This document shows, piece by piece, positions 39,612 through 51,015 of a stretch of DNA of 64,000 bases (position 1 is the first letter of the stretch; each line of letters opens with the position of its first letter). The position numbers were made by a program, and so were the translations under genes. A model generated the notes under the pieces. That model did no database searches and was not told where the DNA came from. It saw only the letters and a program-made list of their open reading frames with translations. The stretch comes from Schmidtea polychroa (Eukaryota). The DNA lies in contig CM097887.1 of assembly GCA_044892525.1 (NCBI GenBank), positions 23,870,001-23,934,000 on the forward strand. Direction: 5' to 3'.

Positions 39612-42025
39612 TTAACATCTCTTAAAGTCATTTTTAGAAAAAGTTCCGAACTTTACTTTCCGACGTTCATTTCTTGAGACGAATTCGCTGGCCACTGTTA
39701 GAAGACAGAGCTCGTCATTTTTTTCTTTGTGTATGTTCAGTACTGCGATACTATTAAATCTCTCTTGCGTCATTGAAGCACGGAGCCATGTTTTCAGACG
39801 CCTCGCTGCAGAAAACGATCTTTCACTTGATGCACTAGTCGCTGGATTAACGCTTATCAGTTTACATATAGTGACAACACCTTCAACAAGTAGTTTCTCT
39901 GTTAATGAAAAAGTGCGCACTTTTTCACATATGCCGTTGAAGCACTTGATTTGTGAATGTTCTTGGCACAAAGTTGCGAAAGCATGTAGTTGGGCTTGCA
40001 ATGAATTAATATCAAGGTCAGAAGAATAAGTTTCACTGACAAATTTGAATTCAGCGTTAGTGTTCTCCTTCTTTAAAGATTTGAGTAAAAGCGACTCCAG
40101 TTTCATATATGTGATAAAGCTCTCCTGCTGAAATCGTTGATCAATAGCTGCAATGATTAAATCGAATGCCTCAAAGTAAATACTTCGATAATGGTCTTCT
40201 GGGTTAGATGGAAATGACGATGTTCCACTGCCAATTTGATATCTAGCAGGACCATTTTTCCGACGTGGAAGTGTTGGTACAGAGATATCTGGCTGCAACT
40301 TTTGTTGGTAGAGTACTTCTGTGTAAAAATTTACAAAAATCTCATCGTTTCGCTTACTCTGCAGTGTCTTCTTAACCACTTCAGCAAGATGCTGTCCTTC
40401 TGTTGCTGACACCTTTGTCTTCTGCAGAGCTTTTGCAAGGTTGTCTGTATGACGAAATATGTTTTAGGCTAAATGTAATCCAAAAAAAGAATTCAAAATT
40501 TTGCATTTGCGCTTGAACGCCAATAATTCTGCACCGCACATCGGATTGCAACTTCATGGATAAGCAGATATCCCATTCTTGAAAGAGCGCTGAATAGTTG
40601 TCTAATGTACGCTGACAGCATGTGGATCGAATTGTCCATCTGGTTGGACAGAACATAATGATTCCATAACTATCTGACTCTTCACCTTCAATATTGTCTT
40701 TTATTTCACCCAGAAGATTTTCACGGAAAGGAGAATATTTTATAAGCGTCACAATTTCTTTGGCTGTATCCAATGTATCTGATACGAGTTTGCATTTAGA
40801 TATCATGTCCTTCACACCCAGGCTTAAAGAATGCCCATGGCAATGTGTGACGAATGCATTTGGTTGAATGCTCTGTATCTTTTTTGCAACACCAGTCTTA
40901 CAGCCCATCATGTTGGCAGCTCCATCATAGCACTGTCCTCTGCAGTTATTTAAAGGTAGCTGTAATCTTAGTAGGATGTCGTTGATTGCAGAAAAGATTG
41001 TTTCTGCCTTAATATCATGCAGGTGATAGAATCCAATGAAGTCCTCCTTAATATTCAAATCTTCATCAACCCATCGTAGACAGAGAGACAATTGTTCTTT
41101 ATTAGAGATGTCGGTATATTCGTCACATATAAGCGCATAATGCTTCACATGGTTGATTTTTGAAACAATTGTGCGAATTATTTGTTGTGACATTATGGAC
41201 AAAATTTCATTCTGTATGTCGTGGCTGGTGTATTTACTCCCTCTTCGTTTAATCCATTGGGTTAGTGCCGCATCGTCTCGAGCTCTGAGTTTAATCAGCT
41301 GAAAGAAGTTTGATTCTTCATCTGTATCTCCTTGAATGGCTTGTCCTTGTCTCCCAAGGTACATTTTCAATTAGCTTTATAAGGCATCGACGATTATCCT
41401 CCCGATCTTTCTTCATACTCTCTGAGAACATTTCCATAATGGGACGATGTGTGTTTGGAATTGTTACTTCAAAATTTATGGCAGTTTTATGACATTCAGA
41501 TAACTGATGTTCTCGAAATCGCATTGTAGCCTTCTTCCAATTTGAAAATCCGTCAGAAATGAATGCATTTTCTTTATTTCTAGCTGAATCCAAGTTCATA
41601 AGTGAATTTTGTTTCTTGCACATGAAACAGACAACAGTATCACTTTCAATCCGATAGTGTAACCACGGGAACTCACGAAACCAACAGCTCTGAAATGACC
41701 GATTCTGCTTTCCAAAATTTCTTTTCGGAAATTCAATATTCATTGGTTGGAATAATTCCATGTTGGGTTGTTGAGTAGTACTGGTTAATTCAATAAGTTT
41801 ATTGCTTTTCTCAGGATGATTTCTTTCTGAACATGGATGAGAACTTGGTACTATTTCTTTTTCAATAACTTCTTGTGGTAACGTTATCATATGACTTTCC
41901 TCGTTAATCTCCACAGTGCTGGTTGTTTGAAGCGGAGTAAATTTGGAAACAAAAATATCGAGTGTGGACTGCCTTCTTTTCTTGGGAGGAGGATCTGTAA
42001 AGATAAAACAGTTATGTTTGAACAT
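39612..42025 (-). pseudogene. ZMYM1-like hAT transposase (TTF zinc finger, DUF4371-type region, hATC dimerisation), two frameshifts
   Basis: RSFQSCWFREFPWLHY...CFMC...GFSNWKK; YTSHDIQNEIL; ICDEYTDISNKEQLSLCLRWVD; PATSASSERSFSAARRLKTWLR. Confidence 0.9.
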
Positions 42026-42565
42026 TTATAAAATATGAATTCTAATTCCTAATAACCGAAAGCATTTAAATAACTGTTGGGCTAAGCTTCGAGAGTATTA
42101 GAAACCAGGTTAAAGATAAATAAAAAAGGATAGGGTAAATTCCCCGAAAAAATATAAGAACAATTAAAATTAGATAACAATAAAAGAAAATAAGAAAATA
42201 AAGGAAATAATATAAATAATAAATTAATAAAGTTAATAAGATGAAAAGTAAGACGGAAAAGAAAATTACCTAACATCTATGATAGCAGAAGGAAATAGAA
42301 TAATAAATTTAAGGAAAATAAATAAGATACTAAGAATAAAATAGAAATAAAACCATTTGCAAACGTTTATATAAAGTAATTAAAACAAAAGAAAATTATA
42401 TTATAAGCAAATAACAATAAAGTCATAAGAAAAGCGAGGGAAAAATAATAAAAAATAGGAAAATAAATAAAATAGTAATAAAAATAAGAAAAGTCGTAAA
42501 AATCTAACATATTACACTAAAAAACATAAAAATAATAATAAACAATAATATTACACACTAGTCGC

Positions 42566-42689
42566 GTCCTGATTGGACGGAAAATACTATATAAGCAATG
42601 AAGAAAATCTGTAGAGTACCATTTAACCACTATACTCTACAGGTAAAATTACTTTATTTTATTAACCATTTAACCACTATACTCTACAG
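42566..42689 (+). promoter_or_regulatory. Putative Pol II promoter and leader of copy B: inverted CCAAT, TATA, hairpin, splice donor, 24-bp direct repeat
   Basis: GTCCTGATTGGAC 42566-78; TATATAAG 42588-95; 10-bp stem CTGTAGAGTA/TACTCTACAG 42609-42642 then GTAAAA; repeat at 42619-42 and 42666-89. Same order and spacing in copy C. Confidence 0.6.
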
Positions 42690-44816
42690 GACTTTAGAAC
42701 TACGCAACTATTCTACCGAAACTCTACAGAAACTACTCTTAAACAGCTATACTAATATTTCAGGAACTAAACTTTCAGACACTTACCTAATATTCCACAG
42801 GACTTACTTTCTATCGGATTTTTATTGGACTAATAGTGTATCGAAAGAGGACTCATAAAAACCATTTCTAATACTCTCGGAGGAAACAATCATAGTAAGC
42901 AGGATGTTTGTATTTTGTTATTGATATTTTTATATAAATTGGATAATAAAAACTAATTTATTCTTAATAAAAAGTTATAAGCACAAATGGTGCTGACGAC
43001 GGCGTTGTCTGGAGATCGAATATGATGCGGAGGTTCAGATGGATATTCACAGAAAAGTATATGAGAATGATTTGAAACGAGAAAATGGAATCGGGAATTT
43101 TAGTGAAATAGAGTTCACCAGAAGCGTAACATTAATACTATCGTATAGCGTCATGTTCGAGATTCAGACGGCGTGGTCGCCAGGTATATAATTTTATGAT
43201 TTTTAACGAATTTAATTCATTCAAATGCATTATGCCATTTATTAATGTCCATTCGATATACCAATAAAATTGAGATGCGGAGAGATGGAATCGTCCTTCC
43301 TGACGGTCCAGGAGTGGTGGTAGCAATGTATGCCGCTCTTGGGTGGGTCAGGAGGGGTGAGGACATCCAGAGCATGAAGTAAGAGAGATTAGAGGAGTTT
43401 TTCTTTCACCGAGTGAAGTCTGCGATCGTCAGCGAAAGTATTCCGTCAGTAGTGAAGTTGAGATCACGATGTTAGAAACGAAAATAGTAAATCCAACAGA
43501 ATTTTCCGGAGCAATTGAGATGAAGTGAATCTACTCTTTTAGGTCGAAATCATATTCCATTAAGTTCAAATTGGACATAATTACTTCCTCAGCATTCTTT
43601 CGTCGTAATGAGTTGCACAGTCATAGATAATAAACTTCTGTTTTAGCACAAATTCCAAATAGATGCGTATGAACGATCGTTAGGTTTTCTTATAGAGATT
43701 TAGGTCGCCAGAGCGTTAGCGATGAAACCCAGTGCCGATGCACTTTTTAAGTTGGATTGTTGACTTTTAAGCTACTGATAAGCGTCGATTCCCTGAAAAT
43801 AATGTAAACAACATCAGTATTCATTATCAGTTACCTATGGTCAATATGAGCGAAAGCGCTATCAGCATTAGCAGTTGGTTGTCGACAAAAATTTCAGCTA
43901 GATAAAAGTTATCCGATTATGAATCGACCAATATTAGAAAACTGAGGTAACGTAATAATTTCCACCACGATTCATCCATTGAGTGCGTTGACAGCTGCTA
44001 TCATGAATTTACAACACCACAGAGATTAGATGATTAGCTTTAGCTCATTCACAACCTTCCGAATCACACACACACACATACGTAAGGCCTTTACTCATAA
44101 CAACTTTAGTAGATAATGCCATAAGAGTACATACACCCACATGCTGGAGTGAAATTCGTTCTAGAAGATGACAGTAATATAAACGGCAACGTTCTTGTAC
44201 GACGTCATAGATTGCATAATAGCATAGGTATCGCCTGAGCTAGTAGAACGGTATGTAGAAATAAATGAGCAAGCAATACTTTTCGTGCAAAGACATTTTA
44301 CTTGCAAACGGTATTTCACAATACACACGGATAGAGATATTTCCATACAAAAACACCTTAGGTTGTGTCGTTATGACAACGAGTCCAGCGGAGATTTGAA
44401 AATAATAATGTATTAAAACTAAATTGACAATTTAATAAAATTAACAGTGCAAAGAAAAATGTAATCAAGTAACATCACAAACCCGATTAATGACACTATA
44501 TTAACATTGTGAATAGCAACGATATATTTAACCATAATCGACACCCCGAATCTGAGATGAGATTGATTTAGACGAGCAAATTAACATGGTTATTCTCATT
44601 TTCTTTTAAATAAATTACAGAGATTTGTGCGAATTATCATGGATGTTTGGGGCAATGAATGAGTTTATGAACGAATGTTGAAGGTATGTGTGAGATAATT
44701 TCTCTTTTGATTGCATTTTTATATGGAATGAGTGTGGTAAAACTAGCGTCGTGAAAGCACGATCGTCGATCAAACTCGATGTCAAATTGGCCAATAAAAA
44801 TATTTTTAATCTTTAG

Positions 44817-45578
44817 ATGACTACCCCAATCAATACCGAGAAAATTCTTCGTCCTTGTTTTTCCTGCGCGGACAAAAATGCTGACATCGCACAGCTTCAC
44901 CTCTACATCGGGGCACTAAAGAAAAGAATCGATCATTATGAAGGCACGTGGTTCTCCCCGCCACAAATGAAAGAGGAAAAGAGCAAGATACTGCGTCTGG
45001 AGCACTGCCGAGACAGTCTCCTAGAAGAAAGTCGGTGCCAGAGGCTAACCATAAAAGCCCAATCAGAGGCACTCCATAAAGTTTACTCGGAATCAGAAAT
45101 AGCGAAACGAGTTCGCGAGTATCCAGTGCAAGACGGGACTAATGTGTTCCCGATCCACCACCAATCGGCACAGTCAACGACAACTGGTTGTAAGGGGCAT
45201 GGGCCGCATCTGCCGCCAATTCCCGCTCCAATTCTCTCGGGCTATAGACCCATGGCAGGAGGCTCATCGGACCCTATCTTGGCTCCGATTCTAGTACCTC
45301 AACCTATGTCACAGGCTCCAGTAGATACTATCAAGCCACGTCGGAAACGAAATAGATTAACACGTTCGGAGAAAAATCAGAAGCGCAGGAACGCCATGGC
45401 GGCGCTAGAAGCTTCTTTATCCATGGCCCAGTCCACAATCAAGGATATCTCAGCCACCCACGTAATTCCGGCCAAGGAGATATTCAAAGTGGTTCCAGCC
45501 GAGGGCATTAAGTATCTTGTGGATCATAGGTTGCCGGTAGACATAGACGAAGTATTCGCCGATGGAGATGCGTTCTGA
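44817..45578 (+). CDS. ORF253 (copy B): novel protein with CxxC plus coiled coil, Pro-rich linker and basic RRKR helix
   Basis: Intact ORF, colinear with 50254-51015 (~70% identity by eye); many synonymous differences. Confidence 0.9.
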   Translation: MTTPINTEKILRPCFSCADKNADIAQLHLYIGALKKRIDHYEGTWFSPPQMKEEKSKILRLEHCRDSLLEESRCQRLTIKAQSEALHKVYSESEIAKRVREYPVQDGTNVFPIHHQSAQSTTTGCKGHGPHLPPIPAPILSGYRPMAGGSSDPILAPILVPQPMSQAPVDTIKPRRKRNRLTRSEKNQKRRNAMAALEASLSMAQSTIKDISATHVIPAKEIFKVVPAEGIKYLVDHRLPVDIDEVFADGDAF

Positions 45579-47807
45579 AATTCCGACCCGACGATGGGAT
45601 CCATCTCTCATTTCGAAAAGACCTTTAACTAATATCTCTGTATCTAACAATTCGTCGGTATTGTGTAATTAATATTTATTGCATGTTGGTGTACGAATTT
45701 TCGGTCTCGATAATTTTTCTTTGAATATAATAGAAATTTTATTTTTCTTTATTTGTTGGTTGAATGATGAGAATGATGAGTGAAAGGCATAATTGAATTG
45801 TTGGACTGGAACAGTATCCTTGAATGAAGGCCGTCCTCTTGGACCAGGGTCGGGCCGATTGCAAATGTAGGAACGGGTAAGTCCTTCTAAGGCACCATAG
45901 AACCGGAACTGAGAGGGAGTTAGGAGTAGTCTTAAGATAGAGGCTCACCTGCTAGCTTCTTCCGACCCGTGTGGGCAGCACCAACGTAGAACATCACTAC
46001 GGGCTCATACGTGGGAATATTTGCATGACCATGGGGCGTGTACGAGGGAAGCGTCTGAGCGGAATGATGAGAGTTTGTGTGCATATTAGTAATAGTTATC
46101 CATTTTCCCCACGTACACCCAACATAACTAAAAACGATACCGTAGCTTTTGAAAATTTTCATGTTCCCGAAGCACAGAAGGACAAAATCCAACCCATATA
46201 GGGATGCTACTTTTTATTATATTTAAGAATTGCACAAAATGGGAATATGAAAATACGTGAAAATTAAATAGATCACAATTCTTGAAAATTTGGTTGTGAA
46301 GCAGGCTTACAATAAATATCCTCAGAATTAAAAATCCATTTTTTAAATAATAAATTGCTGTTTTTAATTCAAGAACTTCACGTCAAAGCAATCGGTTCAT
46401 TCATAATAAAAAACTGATTATCATACATTATTAATTGAAATAATGATTCAGTGCTCACCTGTCATTGTTAATACTCGAATATATAAATGAATTCAAAACG
46501 CGTAGTAGTAAATTAGTAGTTCGATAAAACAATTAAGAAGTCAGTTATAAAATATATAAATTGAATAAAGTCAAATGAAATTATGCAGTACGATTGATAA
46601 AACCAGCAAGTCTTTAACTCTTAATAAATTTCAATATGCTTCTTTTAAATCATATGAACATACTGGCATACCATACACTGCCAAAGATCGCTGTGCTATG
46701 TTCACAAGATTTAGTGACTGAAAGGAAGGGTCCAATTTTTTTTCTGTGGCAAGATAAGTGGGGGGGGGGGCTAAAGCCCCCCAGCCCCCCCCCCGGCTCC
46801 GCGGTCCCTGTCAATAATAGTATAATAGTATAATTTAGAGATGAGTTAAAAAATATTCAAATTAGCACTTAATATACAATTTCCAAATGTTTGATGCATG
46901 TGAAAATGGAGAAGGATATATAGCGTAAAGTGGATGTCAAATACAATTAATTATATTCGAAACTGTTTTACGGTATCGGTAAAATAGTCAGCTATTAAAA
47001 TAACTAAATACTTTAAAATTTGAAATTATAAATATCGGTTAGATGTGATTCTTTTTTTTCAATAAAACTAGGTAAATTGTCAACTAAGACGACCGATAGA
47101 GCAAAGAAAGCGCAAAAAAGTATAATTTAAATCATTTAAAACACCAAATTAAACAAAAAAAATATAGCAAGAAGAAATAAGTAAAACAGAATTAATGAAA
47201 TTAAAAATCGCAAGTTACATGAAACATAAGCTAAGAAGCATTAAAACAAAGAAAAAATAGCCGAAAAATACACAAATTCAGAAAACACCTCCATATCCAT
47301 GTGTTGGGCCAAGCTCGGAAAGTGTTGAAAGTCAGATCAAGGACGAGGAAAAGGACCATAAGAAGGAATAAAATAAATAAAAAATAAAATCTACGAAAAA
47401 CTACGGGGGATAAATAGGAAGAAATAAATTAAATAACAATAAAGAAATAGAAATAACGAAATAAAAATAATAAAAACTTTTAAGATAGAAAATAGGAAAA
47501 AAGGAAAATCACCAAATAAGCCTAACAATAAGAGAAAAATGAAATAACAAAAGAAAATAAACGAGAAATTAAAAAGATAGAATAAAAATAAAATCGTAAT
47601 CAAATAAATACAATGACTAATTAAAACAAATAAATCATATTAGGTAAAAATAACAATAAATTCGCAGGAAAAACAGGAGAAAAATAATAAAAAAAATAGG
47701 AAAATAAATAAAATAATAATAAAGTAAGAAAAAGTCATAAAAAACCTAATATATTACATTAAAAAACATAGAAATAATAAATAAAAATAACATTACACAC
47801 AAGTCGT

Positions 47808-47934
47808 GTCCTGATTGGACAAGAAATAGTATAAAAGAAATAGGAAATATCTGTAGAGTACCATTTAACCGCTATACTCTACAGGTAAAAAATTTTTATT
47901 TAAAACATTACCATTTAACCGCTATACTCTACAG
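47808..47934 (+). promoter_or_regulatory. Putative promoter and leader of copy C
   Basis: GTCCTGATTGGAC 47808-20; TATAAAAG 47830-37; hairpin 47851-47884 then GTAAAA; 24-bp repeat at 47861-84 and 47911-34. Confidence 0.6.
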
Positions 47935-50253
47935 ACTAGTTTAGCAGCCGATTAATTCACTTCAATAAAACCATTCATCAGAACCTACTGGAGCTTATTC
48001 AGACCCACAGGAACTAAATTTTTACAACCGAGGTATTTCAGTAGAAAAGGACAAAACCACTTTGAAAAACTTTGAATTCAACACTTTCCGAGAGAGTTTC
48101 GGTAAGAGAGATTTGATTTTGTATGATACATATTTAGAATATTATAACGAAATAATAAACGATAACAATTTTATTTAAATAAACATTATTTTACAAAAGA
48201 TGCCTCTTTTTCTATGGAACTGACGACGGTGTCGTCCGAGGATCGAATGTGATGCAATGAATGGAGAGGAATTGCGAGGGGTGTAACGGGGAATGAATAC
48301 TGGAAGCATAATTTGTTAAAGCCAACCGGATAATATCCCTCGGAGTACCGTCTTTATTAACCCAAGGGTTATGGAGTCATATATTGTAATCTGAGGCATC
48401 ATATTCGAGGTTCGGACGTCGCGGTTGTCAGGTAATTTTCTTTGATGTAATCAGACTTTCGTAATATTGAGTAATTATTTTCATTTTGCACATAAGTTAT
48501 TATTATATATTTGAAAATGCGAGAGATAGATTCGTCCCTCCCGACGGTCTAAGAGTGGTGGCAGGAATGTTTTGCCGCTCTTAGGTGGGTCCGGAGGGGT
48601 GAGGACATCCAGTGAACGATATAAATGCAGTAAGGGAGATTCTTCCATCGAGTGACATGTGTGATCGGCATAGAGAATGCTATTCTTGAAGGAGGCGAAA
48701 ATACGGCTTTAGATGCAGATAGTAAATCCACCGAGATTTCGTCCAGAGAAACTATGAAACAAAATCTTCAGCATTATGCGCAATCATATTTCGTTGAGTC
48801 CAAATTCGACCTAGTTACTTCTTAAGCCTTCGAATTTCGGTGGGTTGAATATGAAGGAATCATAGTCTTCAGATACGAACGAAAACTTCCAACGAGATCT
48901 ATGTAGACTGTCACTAGGCTTTCTTTTCGAGATTGTGATCGCTAAGACGTTAACGACTAAACCCATCGTCTGTGTACTTTTGGGGCGAATTGTCGATCTT
49001 AAATCATTGATAAGAGTTTTCTGCTCAAAAATAGAGTAAACAAATCAGGATAACGTATCAATATATTCACCGCCCACACGAGAAACAAATTGCCAGCATT
49101 TATCGGACTATCTTCGAGCAATTTCAGTCAGAGTCGAGCCGATCGTAGTAGAGAATTGATAGTATTTCCGCGAGTAAGATAAGACGGGAATTGCCCAGTG
49201 CATAGGTTGACGATTGTTATCTTAAATAATTGTTGTGAATGAGAAACCCGATAAATTTAATCCGACATGCTTAGGAACATTTCTTGTCTGATCGTTCACT
49301 CACGATAAATCAGTTCTGCTCTCACCATACGATTGATATCACCACCCGTCCAAGTAAAGTAAATACAGATCCATATGGTGTCGAATGGAAGATGCCAACT
49401 TATCTGCACACTAACCTACTCCGCTCAAGGCCATATAGGAATCGATATGTGACGGTAGTACTAAGTCTGATTACCGAATAATGAATCGATGATATACATT
49501 TTCTGAACTAGCGGGGTGAGGCGTAATACAACAAGAGTGGTTACATCATATCAGAATATAAACGTCACAAATTCACCCGACATAACTACAAGTATAAAAT
49601 CGGTCAGCGAATACACACCTACAAATCTGTCTGAGGAGTAACACTAGCACACATAGGGAAAGATGCCGTTATGCAATCACACACAGGCAAGCGTCACTAT
49701 AACGACGGTTATGGCGCGTTGTCTGAAATAATAAAAATATAATTAATCATGCAATTTTAGCAATATATTATCATGAATTTTTGTGACAACAATCGGGCAG
49801 AGATGATAGAAATAGCTTCGAGAGCAATTAAATTAGTTGTACCATAACGTGGCGTACATATAAATTTCCCAACGCACAGTCACGAGGAACTTTCGATCGA
49901 TAATAGTAAGGGATATAGTAACGGGTGTAGAACTAGTAATGACGAGCGAAATAATGTATTTCCCCTGGACATCACCTATTCCGAAATCAAATGCAAAGAC
50001 TAGATCTAATTTAACTCATTCAGCCTTGAACATTCCCCGTTTCCTTTTCCCTTAATTTGCAAAGATTGTTGAGATAAACTCGAATGTTTGTGATTGATGA
50101 ATGGCGAATACCGATAGTTGATATACAAAATTTTCAGAAGATTATTATTTTTATTTTTGGTGGTATGATTTGTAGAATTGCGAGACCGCTTCCAAATTAC
50201 GCATGTTAATCGAACCAATGATACGAACCAGCATGAACTAATTAACTCTTTAG

Positions 50254-51015
50254 ATGTCTACTTCGGCCGGTACTACCAAGGAACTTCGTCCATGCTTCTC
50301 CTGCGCGGATAAGAATGCCGACATCGCGCAGCTCCATCTATATATCGGGGCTCTAAAGAAACGAATTGACCTTTACGAAGGAACGTGGTTCTCCCCGCCA
50401 CAAATGAAGGAGGAGAGGAGCAAAATCCTGCGACTAGAGCATTGCAGGGATAGCCTGCTGGAGGAAAGTCTTTGCCAACGGCTCACAATCAAAGCCCAGT
50501 CGGAAGCCCTCCACAAGGTCTATACGGAGGCAGAACTGGCTAAGCGGGTACGGGAATTTCCCGTCTTAGATGGGACCAATGTCTTCCCACTCCACCACCA
50601 TTCAACCCAAACATCCACATCCAACTGTCAGGGGTATGGCTCACACCTGCCGCCCATCCCAGCTCCCGTACTGTCCGGTTATCAGCCGTTGGCAGGTGGT
50701 CCTTTCGATCCTATCTTGGCTCCAATTCTAGTGACTCCTGTCGCCACATCCGTCGCGGATAACCATCAGCCATCCCGCAAACGAAGAAGGCCAACCAGAG
50801 CCGAGAAAAATCAGAAACGCCGAGATGCAATGGCGGCACTCGAGGCGTCGTTAACTGCAGCCCAAACCACCCTTAAGGGAATTTCGTCTACGCATTCCAT
50901 CCCCTCGAAAGAAGTATCCCGAGTAATCCCTGCAGAAGGCGTCAAATTTGTCTCAGACCATAGACTTCCTGTGGACATCGACGCGATGATCGCTGATGGA
51001 GAAGGTTTCGCGTAA
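50254..51015 (+). CDS. ORF253 (copy C)
   Basis: Intact 253-aa ORF; ATG directly after TTTAG as in copy B. Confidence 0.9.
   Translation: MSTSAGTTKELRPCFSCADKNADIAQLHLYIGALKKRIDLYEGTWFSPPQMKEERSKILRLEHCRDSLLEESLCQRLTIKAQSEALHKVYTEAELAKRVREFPVLDGTNVFPLHHHSTQTSTSNCQGYGSHLPPIPAPVLSGYQPLAGGPFDPILAPILVTPVATSVADNHQPSRKRRRPTRAEKNQKRRDAMAALEASLTAAQTTLKGISSTHSIPSKEVSRVIPAEGVKFVSDHRLPVDIDAMIADGEGFA

Larger units (their letters stand above)
42075..46124 (+). mobile_element. Copy B of the unknown ORF253 element: complete 4050-bp insertion
   Basis: Termini TGTTGGG (42075) and CCCAACA (46118-46124); 4-bp TSD TAAC at 42071-42074 and 46125-46128; homologous along its length to copy C. Confidence 0.85.
39290..46810 (-). 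mobile_element. hAT (ZMYM1-like transposase) element carrying nested copy B
   Basis: Matching termini CAGTGACCGCGGA (39290) and TCCGCGGTCCCTG (46810) with G/C-run subterminal motifs. The 8-bp TSD is not preserved (ATATCAAT vs TCAATAAT). Confidence 0.7.

Noticed and set aside
42082-42276. Hydrophobic F/L/I-rich short ORFs (also 47391-47603, 388-621)
   Set aside because: By-products of strand-biased A/T-rich DNA; not conserved as protein between copies.
42990-43030. HHIRS as a tyrosine-recombinase HxxR motif
   Set aside because: The frame ends soon after without the second His/Trp and catalytic Tyr; insufficient evidence.
43560-43720. Alternative genetic code (stop reassignment) in the antisense ORF remnant
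   Set aside because: Stops align to unrelated sense codons in the other copy, which fits random decay; host genes use standard stops.
45955-46015. Minus-strand GAGCCCGT...ACGGGTC hairpin resembling group II intron domain V
   Set aside because: The AGC triad is not conserved in copy D (GTGC), the stem/bulge geometry is non-canonical, and no other intron domains or IEP are present.
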